DNA of 64,000 nucleotides, taken from Vulcanimicrobiota bacterium. GTDB lineage: Bacteria; Vulcanimicrobiota; Vulcanimicrobiia; Vulcanimicrobiales; Vulcanimicrobiaceae. Positions 8,192 through 17,499 of this stretch are shown piece after piece. Each line of letters begins with the position of its first letter. Position 1 is the stretch's first letter. Where the stretch lies: the NCBI GenBank assembly GCA_963752625.1, contig CAVVYX010000006.1, forward strand, positions 44,960 to 108,959, in the 5' to 3' direction. Both the position numbers and the translations under genes were made by a program. The notes below the pieces were generated by a model, which was given only the letters and a program-made list of their open reading frames with translations, had not been told where the DNA came from and ran no database searches.

Positions 8192-9250
8192 TTACGGGAT
8201 AAGGGGTGGGGTAACGGCCACATCGGACGGTAGTCCATTGTGATCCTGAATCACGTTTTCTGCTGCCCCGCCCGCCGGATAAGCATACTCGTTTACGGTC
8301 GCACCGACAAAGTTGGCTACGTAGAGGTCAGTGCCGGATGCGAGGAATGCAAAGTCCGTTGGGCCTTTCAAGCCCAGCAGCGGCGTGGCCGAGACCGGCG
8401 TGCCAAGACTCCCGGACACCGGCGGATTGTACGTATCGATAAAATATCTCCCATAAGCAGGTTCATTGAGAATCGCAATCCGACCGGCGTTGTCAACTTT
8501 GATGCTGGCCGGTCCAAGGAGGAGGTTGGTTGTTGAGAGAGGCGTAATTGTCGTCGCTTTGCAACCGCCGCTGACCTCACCTATGGCGTCGTAATTGTTC
8601 GCGTGTCGTCCGCTGATGTAAAGGTTTCCTTGATGGTCGAATGCAGCGAAATCCAAGAGTGCGAAGTCTGCTGACGCATCGAGCGTGACACATGGCTTCG
8701 TCGAATTCTTCGCGTAAAAGGTGACGCTGGGGCTGCCTAGGGGGCAGCTTGGTGCCTTACAAATATTCACGACACCCACGACGCCCACACGCGAGACAGC
8801 CACATTGTATGGGAATTCGCCGGGATCGCCCAGGTGTGACCTTCGGTCCATTGTGTAGGGAGGCGGATAGATCCGAATGTGCTCCCTGTTCGGGACATAT
8901 GCGTTGCCCGCGCGGTCGGTAGTCAGGCCCAGTGGCCGGTGGAGACCAGTAATCTGGGCGACCTTCTTGTTTTTGCCCGCCTGCAAATAGATGTTGACGA
9001 TGTTTTTTCTTTCGTCCGTTACGAATATGAGAGGCGTCGCCTGGGCGTCAGGCCTGAAGAAGCCAGCAGGGGGCACACCGTCGCCCATGCCGACGTTATG
9101 CGCGGCTTTTCCCAAGCCGACTGGGCTAGCGCCCGGCGCGACGCCGACAGGGTTCGGGGCCATTTGTGGGCTGCCGCCGGAACAACCGGCGAACATTGCA
9201 ATACCAACAGAGGCAGCAAGCATATAACTCGTAGCTTTGGAAGTGCGCAT
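8192..9250 (-). CDS. Lipoprotein, NHL-like beta-propeller repeats (paralog family, copy 2)
   Basis: MRTSKATSYMLAASVGIAMFAGC lipobox. Long colinear similarity to the 6361..7341 protein, with an identical C-terminal VTPPLIP. About 50 nt of 5' leader is conserved between the two genes. Confidence 0.7.
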   Translation of the reverse strand: MRTSKATSYMLAASVGIAMFAGCSGGSPQMAPNPVGVAPGASPVGLGKAAHNVGMGDGVPPAGFFRPDAQATPLIFVTDERKNIVNIYLQAGKNKKVAQITGLHRPLGLTTDRAGNAYVPNREHIRIYPPPYTMDRRSHLGDPGEFPYNVAVSRVGVVGVVNICKAPSCPLGSPSVTFYAKNSTKPCVTLDASADFALLDFAAFDHQGNLYISGRHANNYDAIGEVSGGCKATTITPLSTTNLLLGPASIKVDNAGRIAILNEPAYGRYFIDTYNPPVSGSLGTPVSATPLLGLKGPTDFAFLASGTDLYVANFVGATVNEYAYPAGGAAENVIQDHNGLPSDVAVTPPLIP

Positions 9251-9524
9251 AGTGTGTTCTCCTGAAGATTCGGCGAGTACGGGACTGATGAGTTCAAGTC
9301 GGCCCTGGGTTCCTGGTGCTGGGGCTTTGCCTCGCGAATGAACTTACAAAACTATTTTGGAATACATGTCACGAATAGCCGGAGCCGCTACCTGACATTA
9401 CGTTTTCGTGGGAGGATCAAGCATGACCTTGCGACGGTGCTGCAGCGCATCGCCGATGCCGTCTCAAAAGCGCAAGCTAGGCCCGAGGCAGCATAGGGCG
9501 ATGGCGTTTCTAGCCGTTGCGTTG

Positions 9525-9635
9525 ATTCGAGATTGGTGACGCCCCCGGTTTGTTCGGTTTCGTCAGTTTGCGAAAACAGGCGATTTTTGCAGAGTGCGCG
9601 ACGTTCTATTTCTTCAGAGTCTCTCGTAGTCGAGT
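9525..9635. repeat. Element-end block immediately left of att copy 3 (homologous to 7555..7672)
   Basis: Same conserved strings as 7555..7672. Confidence 0.6.
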
Positions 9636-9655
9636 TTCGACTCCCACCTTCCCCA
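9636..9655 (+). repeat. att core copy 3 (exact 20-mer of the tRNA-Leu 3' end)
   Basis: Exact match to 2859..2878. Followed by the ACTGGTCAC / ATTAGTCAC pair. Confidence 0.9.
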
Positions 9656-10113
9656 TGAGTTGCTGAGCACAAGATGCCGCTGAAAACGGCCTGACTGGTC
9701 ACGGATTAGTCACGAAGCTCAGAGGTGAGGGCAAATCGATCGCCTTGGATCTCGTCGTCAATGTCGTCGTCCCAATCGTCGTTGGCCTAGGTAATGGCCT
9801 TGGTCGCGCTGTGATCGCCTCAGCCTAGCTTCGCGTACCTGGCTCTTGCGTCGGTATTGAGTTCACAGCGCTTTCGACCAATTGACAGCTCCGGCAAGAA
9901 GGCGCACAGTAACTCTTAAGGCAGTCTGCCACGGTGCGCGGCGGCTGTGGCTCTTCGCAGTCGTGGGTTATTGTAACGCCACTGCTCGTTGTGCCAGCTC
10001 TGCGATCGCCGCCCAGGCTGCGATGACACCGCTTAGTTCAGAAGATGCGCCGCAGTGCGCATGATGGCCGTTCCGAAACGCAAAGCACCTTTTGAAGAAT
10101 AAGGTAAACACCC

Positions 10114-10662
10114 ATGAGAATTTTAATCCCAATTGAGTGCGCACTGAGCATATGCGTAGCATTGCTCGCCGGCTGTAACAGCGCCGCGACCGTCACTCCG
10201 ACGCAGGGTCTCGGCTTGGCGCCAAACGTGACTCGGGCAGTTCGCACGGTCGCTCGCGGATTCGCGGAATTACACCGTCACAAGAACAGCGAAAACCTTA
10301 CGTCGACTAGTGGAAGCCATGGCGGGTCAGGCTGCACCATAACTATCAGCGCAAGCGGTAATGTGGCCGGGACGTATCCCGGAACGTTTACCGGCAACGT
10401 GCTATTTTCTGCCTGCGAACACCATCCAGGCTTTTGGGGAAGTTTCGTGATAACCTCAGGCGCGAATAAAATCACCGGCTGGTTCGCCGGAGCGGCGCAA
10501 GGCACGTGTGGTAGAGGCGGCTGTGGCGACGGGGGCAACCTGACTTACAAGGCGACGCTCGAACCCGGTGGAAAGACTTTCTCAGGCAAGGGGTCTGGAC
10601 GCTTGGGCCTCGGACCACAAAAAGGGAACGTCTACATGGACCTAACCTTGCTATCCCTGTAA
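10114..10662 (+). CDS. Small Gly-rich lipoprotein, function unknown
   Basis: Lipobox CVALLAGC. No recognisable domain. Confidence 0.5.
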   Translation: MRILIPIECALSICVALLAGCNSAATVTPTQGLGLAPNVTRAVRTVARGFAELHRHKNSENLTSTSGSHGGSGCTITISASGNVAGTYPGTFTGNVLFSACEHHPGFWGSFVITSGANKITGWFAGAAQGTCGRGGCGDGGNLTYKATLEPGGKTFSGKGSGRLGLGPQKGNVYMDLTLLSL

Positions 10663-11321
10663 AACAACGTGCTTATGTAGCGTCGTAGAAGTCTCTGTCG
10701 CGCCCGGCCCGGGCCTTCGCGATCTCGAGGCCGTTTTGGCTTTGCAGGCTTTTCCACGCTGTGCGACCCTGCATTGCGACACGGAATCGCCTCGGCGTAG
10801 CCGCCCAACCCTTGCGCTTCGATCGCTCAGCCCGGCCCTCGTTTCAAAGGGCCCTAACTCCTCGTCCCGTCGTCATCGTGCCCCTAGGGAAGCGGATGAC
10901 CCACTACTTTAAAAGTGAGAGATCCAACCCAAGCGATTCCAATACAGGAATGGTCGTCGCGCTCATCCACCATCGCGACGGGACGATCGAAATCTAGAAT
11001 AAAGGCATGCGGATACCGGTGCGTTGCCTCGGCAAACGCCAACGCGACGATCGTCTTCAGCAAAAATCTGGACGCCGTTCTGGAGCGCAAACCCGGACAA
11101 AAACAGCCCTACGCGACCAGGAATACGGGCGCGCAGTATTGGGGCACCAGTTCCGAGTATATCTCTCGAGCTAAAGCACCCCACCTCAACAAAACCTGGT
11201 AGTCCTTATTCTCACCGGCTCGATCAGATGAAGGTCAGCGGGTTGGTGCTCTGAGGAAGGGAGCTGCGAGACATGGGAGCGGCGCGAGCCGGTCCCCTTT
11301 TGCCGCCTCCCGCCCTTCAGT

Positions 11322-12485
11322 TTATAGGCCGGTGCGGCTGATCGTCGCGAACGCGGGGGTCTGCGCGCTGCCCGGAACCCCCCATCCGGCGATTTCAGCT
11401 CCCCCAATGGGGTACTTGTAGACCTGGACAGCGGAACCGGGCGAGACAAAGCTCGGCACCACGTTCTTGCCGTCAGCGAGCCCGACTCCCCATGCTACGT
11501 CGCCATTGTTTATCCCAGAAGGGCTGCCGGCCGCATCGAAGACCGTTAGCGCCTTCTCCGTCAGGGTTGGCTCGGTCGGAGAGCCGCCCTCGCGCGCCAC
11601 GTAGAGCAAGGCGCAGCCTTGAGACGAGGCGCAGTTCGATCCCGATGCGGCTTGGGTCGCTTCCCGATCGCCGACATCGAGGTGCCTCCCGTCCCAAATC
11701 AACGCCCCGGGCCATTGGAAAACTTGGCCCAGGTACTCGCCCTTGAGCGTCACCGGGACGAAGGCCGAAGATGTAGAGCAGCAGGACGGCAGCACGTCGA
11801 CGTGCGCGTCGAATGGGGCGGCGCTGTACGTGAACCCGTGACACGGAGCTACGCTGCCGTCGGCGTACAGCTTTCCCGAGCCGTCGTAGGCGACGAAGTA
11901 GATCGCCTGCAACGTGCCGCCGGCGCTCGGGAGATCGTCGAACCGAATCCCGTGCCCTTTGCCGCCGGGGTAGACGAGCACGCTGCCCCCACCGCCGCTG
12001 GTCGCAGCGACCTCCAGATTCGCAACGGCGATGTCTCCGGTCTTCGGATCGATGGCGCACGAGAAGGGAACGTTCCCGGGATCTACGAGCCGCCGCAGCC
12101 GTCGGTTCGAATCACCGCGGTACTCGACGATATCGCCATTGTCGCTGCCGTCCCCGTTGAAGTGCGTGATGTAGACATCGCCCTGGCCGTCGGCGCAGCC
12201 GCCGAACGGCTCGGTGAGGCGGAACGATCGAAGGTAGGTCCCGCGCTTCATGCCCGGCACGGACCAAGCGTAGACGTAAACCTTCCCCGCGTAGGTGTCG
12301 GACACGTAGGCGTACCGTGCGCCCGATTCCACGGGAAGCGTCGACGCTGGTTCCCGCTCTCGAGGCGCTGTCCGGGCGTCGGTGAATGCCGTCGTGGCCC
12401 CGGGCGCAAGGGTTGGTGATCCGGCACCGCATCCAACAACCGCTGCGGCGGAAAAGGCATAGAAGAGCGACCTCAAAAGGCTCAT
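11322..12485 (-). CDS. Lipoprotein with beta-propeller-like repeats
   Basis: ATG at 12485 after GGGAGA. MSLLRSLFYAFSAAAVVGC lipobox. Repeated motifs GKVYVYA, GDVYITH, GDIAVAN, GKLYADG. Confidence 0.65.
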   Translation of the reverse strand: MSLLRSLFYAFSAAAVVGCGAGSPTLAPGATTAFTDARTAPREREPASTLPVESGARYAYVSDTYAGKVYVYAWSVPGMKRGTYLRSFRLTEPFGGCADGQGDVYITHFNGDGSDNGDIVEYRGDSNRRLRRLVDPGNVPFSCAIDPKTGDIAVANLEVAATSGGGGSVLVYPGGKGHGIRFDDLPSAGGTLQAIYFVAYDGSGKLYADGSVAPCHGFTYSAAPFDAHVDVLPSCCSTSSAFVPVTLKGEYLGQVFQWPGALIWDGRHLDVGDREATQAASGSNCASSQGCALLYVAREGGSPTEPTLTEKALTVFDAAGSPSGINNGDVAWGVGLADGKNVVPSFVSPGSAVQVYKYPIGGAEIAGWGVPGSAQTPAFATISRTGL

Positions 12486-12529
12486 GCGGTCTCCCTGCTT
12501 TCTCATCAAGCCCAACTTTTTGTTGCGAG

Positions 12530-12880
12530 CCGCGTACCCTCCTGAGCTGCCGCACAGCCGGGGCGACCGCGGATCCCTTGATAGCAGCGCTTAGGGCATC
12601 ATCAATCCGCCCAGCCGCATCGCGCATGAGCGAGTCCGTAACGTGCGCGTAGATGTCGGCCGTCGTCGAGATTGTTGAGTCGCTGGTGTCGGCCGTCCAA
12701 GGCGGCTTCGAAAGAACCACTCCTTTTGCTCGGCCTGACGCCGGCGCAAGCGCTCGGCCACGAAGCGCGGTGCGGCCCGACTTGGAGCACACCTGCGGCT
12801 TCGACCGGAGCCAGCTTTCAACGACAGAGGCCGCCGATCGGCAAGGTGAGCATGAGTTAGGAGCCTCGGGAGACACGGCG
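12530..12880 (-). pseudogene. Tyrosine integrase remnant with an internal deletion and a frame change
   Basis: STISTTADIYAHVTDSLMRDAAGRIDDAL in one frame and PRFVAERLRRRQAEQKEWF in another. Both match the 5673 integrase, and the catalytic region between them is missing. Confidence 0.65.
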
Positions 12881-12891
12881 AAACCCCGTTC

Positions 12892-15666
12892 ATGACGGCG
12901 AGCTCCCAGCCTTCAGCGAGCGCCGGTTCGCGCGTGCTGCCAACTGGCACTGTGACGTTTCTCTTCTCGGACATCGAGGGCAGCACGAAACGCTGGGAGC
13001 AACAGCGCGCGGCGATGCCCGAAGCTCTCCAGCGGCACGATGAGCTCCTCCGAACTACGATGGAAGCGCACGCCGGCTACGTCTTCAAGACTATTGGCGA
13101 TGCTTTCTGCGCGGCATTTGCTCGCGTTTCGGATGCCGTTGCTGCGTGCCTCGACGCACAGCGAGCGCTAAACGCCGGAGATTTTGCAGCCGTCGATGGT
13201 TTGCGCGTGCGCTGTGCGCTCCACACGGGCGAAGCGGTCGAGCGTGACGGCGACTATTTTGGGCCGGCACTTAATCGCATCGCGCGGCTCATGGCAATCG
13301 GCCACGGAGGCCAGATATTGGTCTCGGGTGTGACGCGAGATCTTGCTCGCGAGGGTCTGTCGGATGGCGCAGCATTCGTTGATCTTGGCTTGCAGCGGCT
13401 TCAAGATCTCACCGAGCCCGAACACGTGTGGCAACTCAGCATCGCGGGGTTGCCCAGCGAGTTTCCACCGCTGCGTTCGCTCGAAGCATTGCCGAACAAT
13501 CTTCCGATTCAACGCACATCTTTTGTCGGCCGCGAACACGACGTCGCGGACGTCAAGGAGCTTCTTGAGCGCAATCGCCTGCTCACGCTGGTTGGTTCAG
13601 GCGGCGTCGGCAAGACGCGCCTGGCGATCCAGGCCGGCGCGGAGCTGCTCGATCGGTACCCCGACGGCGTATGGTTCGTCGACTTCGCTCCAATCAGCGA
13701 TCCCCAGCTCGTCGCGAGCGTGGTCGCCCAGGCACTAGGCATGAGTCAACAGCAAGGGCGTCGAGTTGACGAATCTATCCCGGCCTGGCTCAGGCGCAAA
13801 AAGCTACTGCTGATCTTCGACAACTGCGAGCACGTTGTAGAGCCTGCCGCTACGCTTGCGGATGCAATACTGGCGGCGGCTCAAGACGTTCGCATCTTAG
13901 CGACGTCGCGCCAGGGGCTCGATATCAGCGGCGAAGCGGTCCACCGGCTTCCGTCGCTTCCCATTCCGGCCGAAGCTGCCGCTTTGAAGGCCGATGAGGC
14001 GGTACGCTATGGCGCCATTGCCCTTTTCGTCGATCGCGCCAAGTCGGCCGATACTCGCTTTACACTAACTGACGATAATGCGCCGATCGTCGCCGAGATT
14101 TGCCGTCGGCTCGACGGCATTCCGCTGGCCATCGAGCTGGCCGCCGCGCGCGTGAAGGTGCTCTCCATTCCCCACCTCGCGCAGCGGCTCAACGAACGCT
14201 TTAAGATTCTCAACAAAGGAAACCGCAGCGCGCTGCCGCGCCAGAAGACGCTGACCGCGACCATCGATTGGAGCTACGACCTGCTTACGCCGCAGGAGCA
14301 ATTACTCTTCACGCGCCTCGGCATCTTTGCCGGCGGCTTCGGTCTGGATGCTGCTACGGCGGTCTGCGGCGATAACGGTCTCAACGAGGCCGACCTCTTC
14401 GATCTGCTCACGTCGTTGACCGACAAGTCGCTGGTCGTCGTAGACACGAGCGGTGAACAGGAGCGCTATCGGTTGCTCGAATCGACGGCCGCCCACGCGC
14501 TCGAGAAACTTAGCGCCTCGGGCGATCGCGAACGCTTTGCTCGGCGTCACGCCGAGTACTTTCACGAGCTCGTAGAGGCAGCGCGCAATGGCGTTGACAA
14601 AGGCGCCATTTTTGCGTGGACTGCCGGCGCGGGGGCCGATCTCGATAACTATCGAGCCGCGCTGGAATGGGCTCTGACTCAGGGAAACGACAATGCGTTG
14701 GGAGGTGCCATTGCCGGCGCGCTCTCACCGCTCTGGTTTAACTGCGGCCTAAGCGCCGAAGGCCGCTATTGGACCGAGCTTGCACTACGGAGCGTGAATG
14801 AAGCCGAGCAGCCGCGCATCGCGGCGCGCCTGCATGGTGCCTTCCATTGGCTTTTATCCGGCAAGTGTTCCTACGAAGCGGCTGAACGCGCCCTACAGCT
14901 GTACGAATCGGTGGGCGACCTCCGCGGTGCAGCTGATGCGCAGTCCGCGGTTGCCTTCGCTCTTTTCATGATGGGGCGGCTCGACGAGGCAAGTGCGGCG
15001 AACGCGCGGGCGCTTGAGGCATGGCGCGAGTTCGGGAATGAGAACCAAATAGCGGCCTGTTTTAGGATGCAGGCGGATATCGAGGGAAACCGCGGGGATC
15101 ATGCGTTGGGGCGTGAACTCTACGCGCGCGCGCTCAGAGCCTACAGATCCTCTGGCGAGCAGTTTGGCCAGGCGGTCGTGCTCGTGAACTTAGCGGAGCT
15201 GGAGTACGCTGATGCGCATCCTGCGCAAGCGTTGTGTTCTGTCGACGATGCCCTCGAGATTCTGTTGCGTGGGAAAAATGCAACCGTCATTGCCACCGCA
15301 CTTGGCAACAGAGCGGCCTACCGCGTGGCGCTCGGCGACCTCGATGGAGCCCGCGAATCGGCACGCCAGAGCTTGCGCTTTGCATGGCAGCAACAAAACG
15401 AAGGACGCGTCGCGGAATCAATTGAGAGTGTCGCGCTCGTCGCCGCGACTGGGGACGATGCGCAACGAGCTGCGCGATTGCTCGGTTACGTGGACGCCCA
15501 ATACGGCCGGTCTGGCCAGCAACGTACGATCACCGCGAAAGGGATCTACGACAAGCTCCTCGCGGCTCTGCGCGAGAAGCTCCCGGACACCGAGATGGAG
15601 GCGCTCGTCGCCGACGGCGCCACGTGGTCTGAGGATCAAGCGGTGGAGGAAGCGCTGAAAGTTTAA
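12892..15666 (+). CDS. Class III nucleotidyl cyclase domain fused to a STAND/NB-ARC-like P-loop NTPase and TPR repeats
   Basis: GTVTFLFSDIEGST, FKTIGDAFCAAF and DYFGPALNRIARL are cyclase motifs. LLTLVGSGGVGKTRLAIQ is a Walker A and LLLIFDNCEHV a Walker B. The C-terminal half is TPR-like. Confidence 0.85.
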   Translation: MTASSQPSASAGSRVLPTGTVTFLFSDIEGSTKRWEQQRAAMPEALQRHDELLRTTMEAHAGYVFKTIGDAFCAAFARVSDAVAACLDAQRALNAGDFAAVDGLRVRCALHTGEAVERDGDYFGPALNRIARLMAIGHGGQILVSGVTRDLAREGLSDGAAFVDLGLQRLQDLTEPEHVWQLSIAGLPSEFPPLRSLEALPNNLPIQRTSFVGREHDVADVKELLERNRLLTLVGSGGVGKTRLAIQAGAELLDRYPDGVWFVDFAPISDPQLVASVVAQALGMSQQQGRRVDESIPAWLRRKKLLLIFDNCEHVVEPAATLADAILAAAQDVRILATSRQGLDISGEAVHRLPSLPIPAEAAALKADEAVRYGAIALFVDRAKSADTRFTLTDDNAPIVAEICRRLDGIPLAIELAAARVKVLSIPHLAQRLNERFKILNKGNRSALPRQKTLTATIDWSYDLLTPQEQLLFTRLGIFAGGFGLDAATAVCGDNGLNEADLFDLLTSLTDKSLVVVDTSGEQERYRLLESTAAHALEKLSASGDRERFARRHAEYFHELVEAARNGVDKGAIFAWTAGAGADLDNYRAALEWALTQGNDNALGGAIAGALSPLWFNCGLSAEGRYWTELALRSVNEAEQPRIAARLHGAFHWLLSGKCSYEAAERALQLYESVGDLRGAADAQSAVAFALFMMGRLDEASAANARALEAWREFGNENQIAACFRMQADIEGNRGDHALGRELYARALRAYRSSGEQFGQAVVLVNLAELEYADAHPAQALCSVDDALEILLRGKNATVIATALGNRAAYRVALGDLDGARESARQSLRFAWQQQNEGRVAESIESVALVAATGDDAQRAARLLGYVDAQYGRSGQQRTITAKGIYDKLLAALREKLPDTEMEALVADGATWSEDQAVEEALKV

Positions 15667-15769
15667 GCAAGGCTGCGTGACGCTACGGCCTTTGCAGTTT
15701 CGCTAACCTCGCAGCTCGAGAACAATTCCGCGGGTCGGCTCGAACCACGAAGTTTCTAGAAATTTAAAA

Positions 15770-15797
15770 GCGGCGGCGCCCCAAAAGGCGCCGCCGC
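15770..15797. terminator. Strong hairpin between convergent genes (bidirectional terminator candidate)
   Basis: GCGGCGGCGCC-CCAAAA-GGCGCCGCCGC, an 11-bp perfect stem, flanked by A/T-rich sequence on the left. Confidence 0.6.
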
Positions 15798-15826
15798 ACT
15801 ATGCCGGACCTTGTAGTTTCCGGGTT

Positions 15827-17407
15827 TTAGTTGACCGTCACGCTGATGCCGGCCGACTGGATCCCGTTAACGACGACGTAGATCGTGCTCGCGCCGGTCG
15901 CGATACCGGACGGCACGTCGAACATGGTCGACACGGTCTTATTCGATCCGATGCCCATGTAGCTGTGGTTATGCGTCTTGCAGTAGATCACGTGCCCGGT
16001 CGAGTTGTTCACGATCCGCACGAGCGGATAGTTCGTCGCCTCCTGAACGTCGTCGCCGTAGAAGTTCGCCTGCGAGAAGCCATTGAGACGCTTACCTTGG
16101 AGCGTGTAGGTCGTTCCATGTGTGAGCGTCGACGGCACGGAAGTGATCGTGGGCGCGATTCCGGAGTACGGGCGCGTTCCGCCGGTATAGATCTCGACGT
16201 CCGAAGATCCGTCGTCCTCTAGGATCTGGCCGGTCGGCAGCACGAGCAGCCGGACGTTGTAGCTCGAGTCGTTGGGAGCGTTCGGCGGCGCCGTGACGTT
16301 CTTGAGCGTCTTGCCGTTGAAGATATAGAACGTCGCCGGGCTGTTATAACAGCCGGGGCTGGCCACGGTCATCACGTGGCCGTTGGGCTGCAACGACGAC
16401 GGCGAGTCCGCCGTGTCGATTCCCGAGGGGAACGACGGCCCTTGCGTCCAGGTCTTCGTCCGGGTGTTATAGATCGCCGACAGGCCCGAGGCGCCCGCGA
16501 CCCAGATCGTGTTATTCGGGCGCATGGTTTGCGGACCGATCTCGGTGCACTGCGTGAGATTCACCGGGACGTTGCCCGCCGTCTGCCACTTGTTGGTCGT
16601 GGGATCGTAATATTCGGAGTTCGGCTCGCTGAGGACGTCCGCCGTCAGGACGTTGCCGTTGCGCAGAAGGGTCCAGCCCTCTTCACTGTTGGCGTCGTGC
16701 TTGCCGCTGCCGATCTGCGTCCAGGTCATCGACGACTCGTTCAAGAGCGCCTGAGTGCCGGTGCAGCAGTTGCCGAGCATGTACGTGTCGTTGGCAAGGA
16801 CGACACTCGAGGCGTCGCCGATCTGGCTCCAGCCGCTGGGCCCGGTCACCGCGGTCCACGCATTCGTCGTCGGATCGTAGATTGCACCGAGGTTCGTTTC
16901 GGCTGAGTTGCAGAAGTTATACTCGCCGCCGTTGACGATCAGCTTGCCATCGGCAAGAACCGCCGATCCGAAGTAGAGCGGCCCGTAGTTTGACGGCATC
17001 GAGCCCATCTTGGTCCAGGTGCCGTTGAGGTAGCTGCCGTTCTGATCGGGCGCGAGCGCGTACCAGTTGCTCGTGCAAAAATCCGAGACCATCACGGTCC
17101 CGTTGGTCATCTGGAGCATCGTGCCGGGGCCGTTCGTCCACGGCGCCTTTTGCGTGACCGGGGTCCAGCCGCCCGCGAGGGCTCGGGCACGCTCAGCCGC
17201 CGTGATGCGATGGCGCCGCGGCGGCGGATATGCCGGCGTATGCCGGAAGTGAAACAGTCGTGCGCCAGCGTCTATCCCGGTCGAGCGATCGAATGGGACC
17301 GTCGACGTGCTGGGCGAGTTTGCGATCGGCGCGCCCGCGTTGCCGCTGCACCCGGCGATCAGAACCGCCGGGACGAGCGCCGATAGAAGAATTCCTAAAC
17401 GTCGCAT
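15827..17407 (-). CDS. Kelch/galactose-oxidase-like beta-propeller lipoprotein with a C-terminal IPT/E-set-like domain
   Basis: GAGGAG RBS. Lipobox LIAGC. Repeated W/G-rich blades. C-terminal PTITSVPSTLTHGTTYTLQGKRLNG is Ig-like. Confidence 0.7.
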   Translation of the reverse strand: MRRLGILLSALVPAVLIAGCSGNAGAPIANSPSTSTVPFDRSTGIDAGARLFHFRHTPAYPPPRRHRITAAERARALAGGWTPVTQKAPWTNGPGTMLQMTNGTVMVSDFCTSNWYALAPDQNGSYLNGTWTKMGSMPSNYGPLYFGSAVLADGKLIVNGGEYNFCNSAETNLGAIYDPTTNAWTAVTGPSGWSQIGDASSVVLANDTYMLGNCCTGTQALLNESSMTWTQIGSGKHDANSEEGWTLLRNGNVLTADVLSEPNSEYYDPTTNKWQTAGNVPVNLTQCTEIGPQTMRPNNTIWVAGASGLSAIYNTRTKTWTQGPSFPSGIDTADSPSSLQPNGHVMTVASPGCYNSPATFYIFNGKTLKNVTAPPNAPNDSSYNVRLLVLPTGQILEDDGSSDVEIYTGGTRPYSGIAPTITSVPSTLTHGTTYTLQGKRLNGFSQANFYGDDVQEATNYPLVRIVNNSTGHVIYCKTHNHSYMGIGSNKTVSTMFDVPSGIATGASTIYVVVNGIQSAGISVTVN

Positions 17408-17499
17408 GATGACTCCTCGTCGAAAGTAGCGTGGGACACTGCGAGCCCTTCGCCACGGGCGCCGCGCGCAGTGATAACGTCCGGGGAAACAGAAAAGTT

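Larger units (their letters stand above)
7693..9655. mobile_element. Decayed integrative element 2 (no integrase left)
   Basis: Bounded by att copies 2 and 3. Starts with the same post-att sequence pattern and ATTGGTGA(G/C) pair as element 1. Cargo is a paralog of the element-1 lipoprotein. Confidence 0.5.
9656..12880. mobile_element. Possible third, most degraded element (right border not found)
   Basis: The sequence right of att copy 3 resembles the starts of elements 1 and 2. An integrase remnant lies at 12.5-12.9 kb. No fourth att copy was seen. Confidence 0.35.

Noticed and set aside
10700-11320. Several 60-95-aa ORFs on both strands in the low-G+C spacer between the two lipoprotein genes of the third element.
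   Set aside because: They mutually overlap, show no motifs and have no convincing translation signals. The region is probably decayed element DNA.
15725-15750. GGTCGGCTCGAACC near 15735, resembling a tRNA T-loop. It was considered as a possible fourth att remnant marking the island end.
   Set aside because: There is no stem complementarity around it and no similarity to the tRNA-Leu core or to the element-end blocks.
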